Below, one piece after another: positions 5,806 to 7,653 of a stretch of DNA of 7,653 nucleotides. The notes below the pieces were generated by a model that was given only the letters and a program-made list of their open reading frames with translations, did not search any database and had not been told where the DNA came from. Position 1 is the stretch's first letter; the number at the start of each line of letters is the position of its first letter. Source of the DNA: Octopus sinensis (taxonomy: Eukaryota); contig NW_021828792.1 in assembly GCF_006345805.1 (NCBI RefSeq), positions 1 to 7,653 on the forward strand, given 5' to 3'. Both the position numbers and the translations under genes were made by a program.

Positions 5806-5967
5806 TATATATATATAGTTCCTTGGGTTTGTGTCTATGTTTTCGTTTCTCGTTGTGTTCGACGTTTTTTTTTTTGGTGTCCTGTACTCATATATGCGTG
5901 TATATATACATGTAGAGGTAGGTACGTACATAGATGTATATATATATATGCATATGTTTTATTTATT

Positions 5968-6012
<45 letters not shown>

Positions 6013-6249
6013 ATATATACACAAACACACAACTCTCTCTCTCTCGTTCATTATGGCAATTCTGAAATATCGTTTATATATATATACGCGCGCACACACA
6101 CATGACTATATATGTACGCAACTTATCTACATACATCGGCTATCTATCTGTATGTGTGTGTATACATGTATGTGATCTGTTAGAACAGTGAAACTCGAAG
6201 CAGACAAAGCTATAAATACTAACGAGCTGTAAACACTGTTTGAGTAGGA

Positions 6250-6610
6250 AAAAGTCGAAGGGAGGGCTGTCGGTAGGATTCGAACGAACGGAACTGGTCG
6301 AGCCAAGATCTTCAGCGAATCGTCTTTGGTGTGACTCTTACAGATCCATAAATTCGCAGTCGTTTCAGTAGCTTCCTGTCTGGTCATGGGGGGGCCATAC
6401 CATTTAAGCTTGTATGTCCGTACGTACTGCGGTTACATGCATGCCGTCCGTGTACGGGATGCAGTCAGGACACGTACTCTCCTCCCCTTACATTGTCCGG
6501 CGTGGGTCTTTTTGCGTGTCCGATGGTGAACACAGCCCTACTGCATATTAAATAATGGGCACGCATTTAATTGCTTTGTGGTGCAAGTCTTGGAGTCTGA
6601 TCTGTTGGAA
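6250..6610 (-). mobile_element. Highly decayed RTE-clade LINE fragment (post-RT C-terminal region)
   Basis: With frameshifts, the minus strand gives colinear motifs: KQLNA (6576-6562), ICSRAVFTI, PDNVR, RTYKLKWYG (LKWYG at 6408-6394), DRKLLKR and RSWLDQ (SWLDQ at 6308-6294). These match the RTE pattern KLNAFH..CLR.IL.I.W.D.V.NEEV...LKWYGHV.R...GRP..W.D. Confidence 0.65.
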
Positions 6611-6859
6611 CTTTCTCTCTCTCTCTCACCAACTTATATACACATCCAAATACTAAAATATAGATTATTGGAAATAAACACAAGGCTAAAAATAATTGTA
6701 CAATACATACAAACATACATACATACGTACTTGTATATATATGAGCAGAGAAATAGTAACTTATATATCTTCCCTCCCCTAAACACTCTTATCTATCTAT
6801 CTGTGTGTGTGTCCGTGTGTCCATATATAAAGGCAGAGAAATAGCAACTTTTATACATA

Positions 6860-6946
6860 TTTGTGTTTGTGTAATATATATATATATATATGTTTCAGCG
6901 GTGGTGCCCCAGCATGGCCGCGGCCTTCTGGCTAAAACATTTTAAA

Positions 6947-6986
<40 letters not shown>

Positions 6987-7325
6987 GCACTTAGGCATAA
7001 TATATATGTATATTTATATATTTGTGTGTGTGTATATATGTTTGATATTGAAACGTAAAATTGGTCATTGCATCATACATACATTCACACGCATACATTG
7101 TATTTGTTCATGTATGTATGTGTACATATACGCACACAGGTGTGTATATAAATAAAATGCGCGCAGTTGGACATACAGAGACATTATATAAACACTATAT
7201 TAAATAGTCAATTGGGACTCTATACACACACGCATAAATATATTTACATACACATATAATGTATGTATATACATCTATATATATACATATAAATGTGTAT
7301 GCATAAGTATATATACTCGCACTAG

Positions 7326-7357
<32 letters not shown>

Positions 7358-7424
7358 CAACACACGCACACGTTATGTATTTATATATAAATACATGCAT
7401 ATATGCCCATGCCCTCTCTTCCCC

Positions 7425-7460
<36 letters not shown>

Positions 7461-7653
7461 TGCCCCCTCTCTCCCTATATATATTTATATAAATGTTCTC
7501 TTGAGAACATTTCTTAGTGGTGAGACCGTAGCGGATCTATTTCTAGCGTAAGGGTGTCCACATAGTGGTTTCCCTCTAATATATAATATATATATATATA
7601 TTGTATATATATATATATATATACACACACATACACGTTATATATGTATATGT
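6860..7653. repeat. (TA)n/(CA)n/(TG)n microsatellite-rich low-complexity region
   Basis: Read directly. It explains the YIYIY and CVCV ORFs. Confidence 0.9.
6898..6940 (+). mobile_element. Isolated SINE 3' terminal fragment
   Basis: GCGGTGGTGCCCCAGCATGGCCGCGGCC...GCTAAAAC is similar to 1337-1375 (GGCGGTGCTCCAGCATGGCCGCAGTC...GGAAAC). Confidence 0.75.

Noticed and set aside
1631-7551. Remaining ORF-track entries rich in YI, CV, LS or F repeats
   Set aside because: They are translations of microsatellites and low-complexity tracts with no recognisable domain. ORF 6127-6387 overlaps the decayed RTE fragment.

Overview
This is AT-rich, microsatellite-dense eukaryotic non-coding DNA, most likely from an octopus (coleoid cephalopod). 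The species call is an inference from my recognition of the tRNA-derived SINE families (OK/OR-like). I find no intact protein-coding gene, and the supplied ORFs are repeat or low-complexity artefacts. Positions 1-1480 hold a nested retroelement stack: an old SINE is split by a 5'-truncated RTE-clade LINE, which is itself hit by three SINEs, two of them near-identical and inverted. Positions 1730-3240 are alternating pyrimidine and purine tracts around a CpG-rich, promoter-like island (~2825-3005). The island carries a TGATTGACAG (Pbx/Prep-type) site, a CCAAT box, a GC box and TGACG half-sites, with a 40-bp VNTR beside it. A strong plus-strand CAG|GTAAGA splice site lies at 4423/4424. Two minimal type I hammerhead-ribozyme motifs of the Penelope/retrozyme kind face each other: a decayed one on + (5366-5392) and a well-formed one on - (5805-5736). 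A second, decayed RTE fragment lies on - (~6250-6610). The hammerheads are the most interesting signal. All alignments and folds were done by eye.
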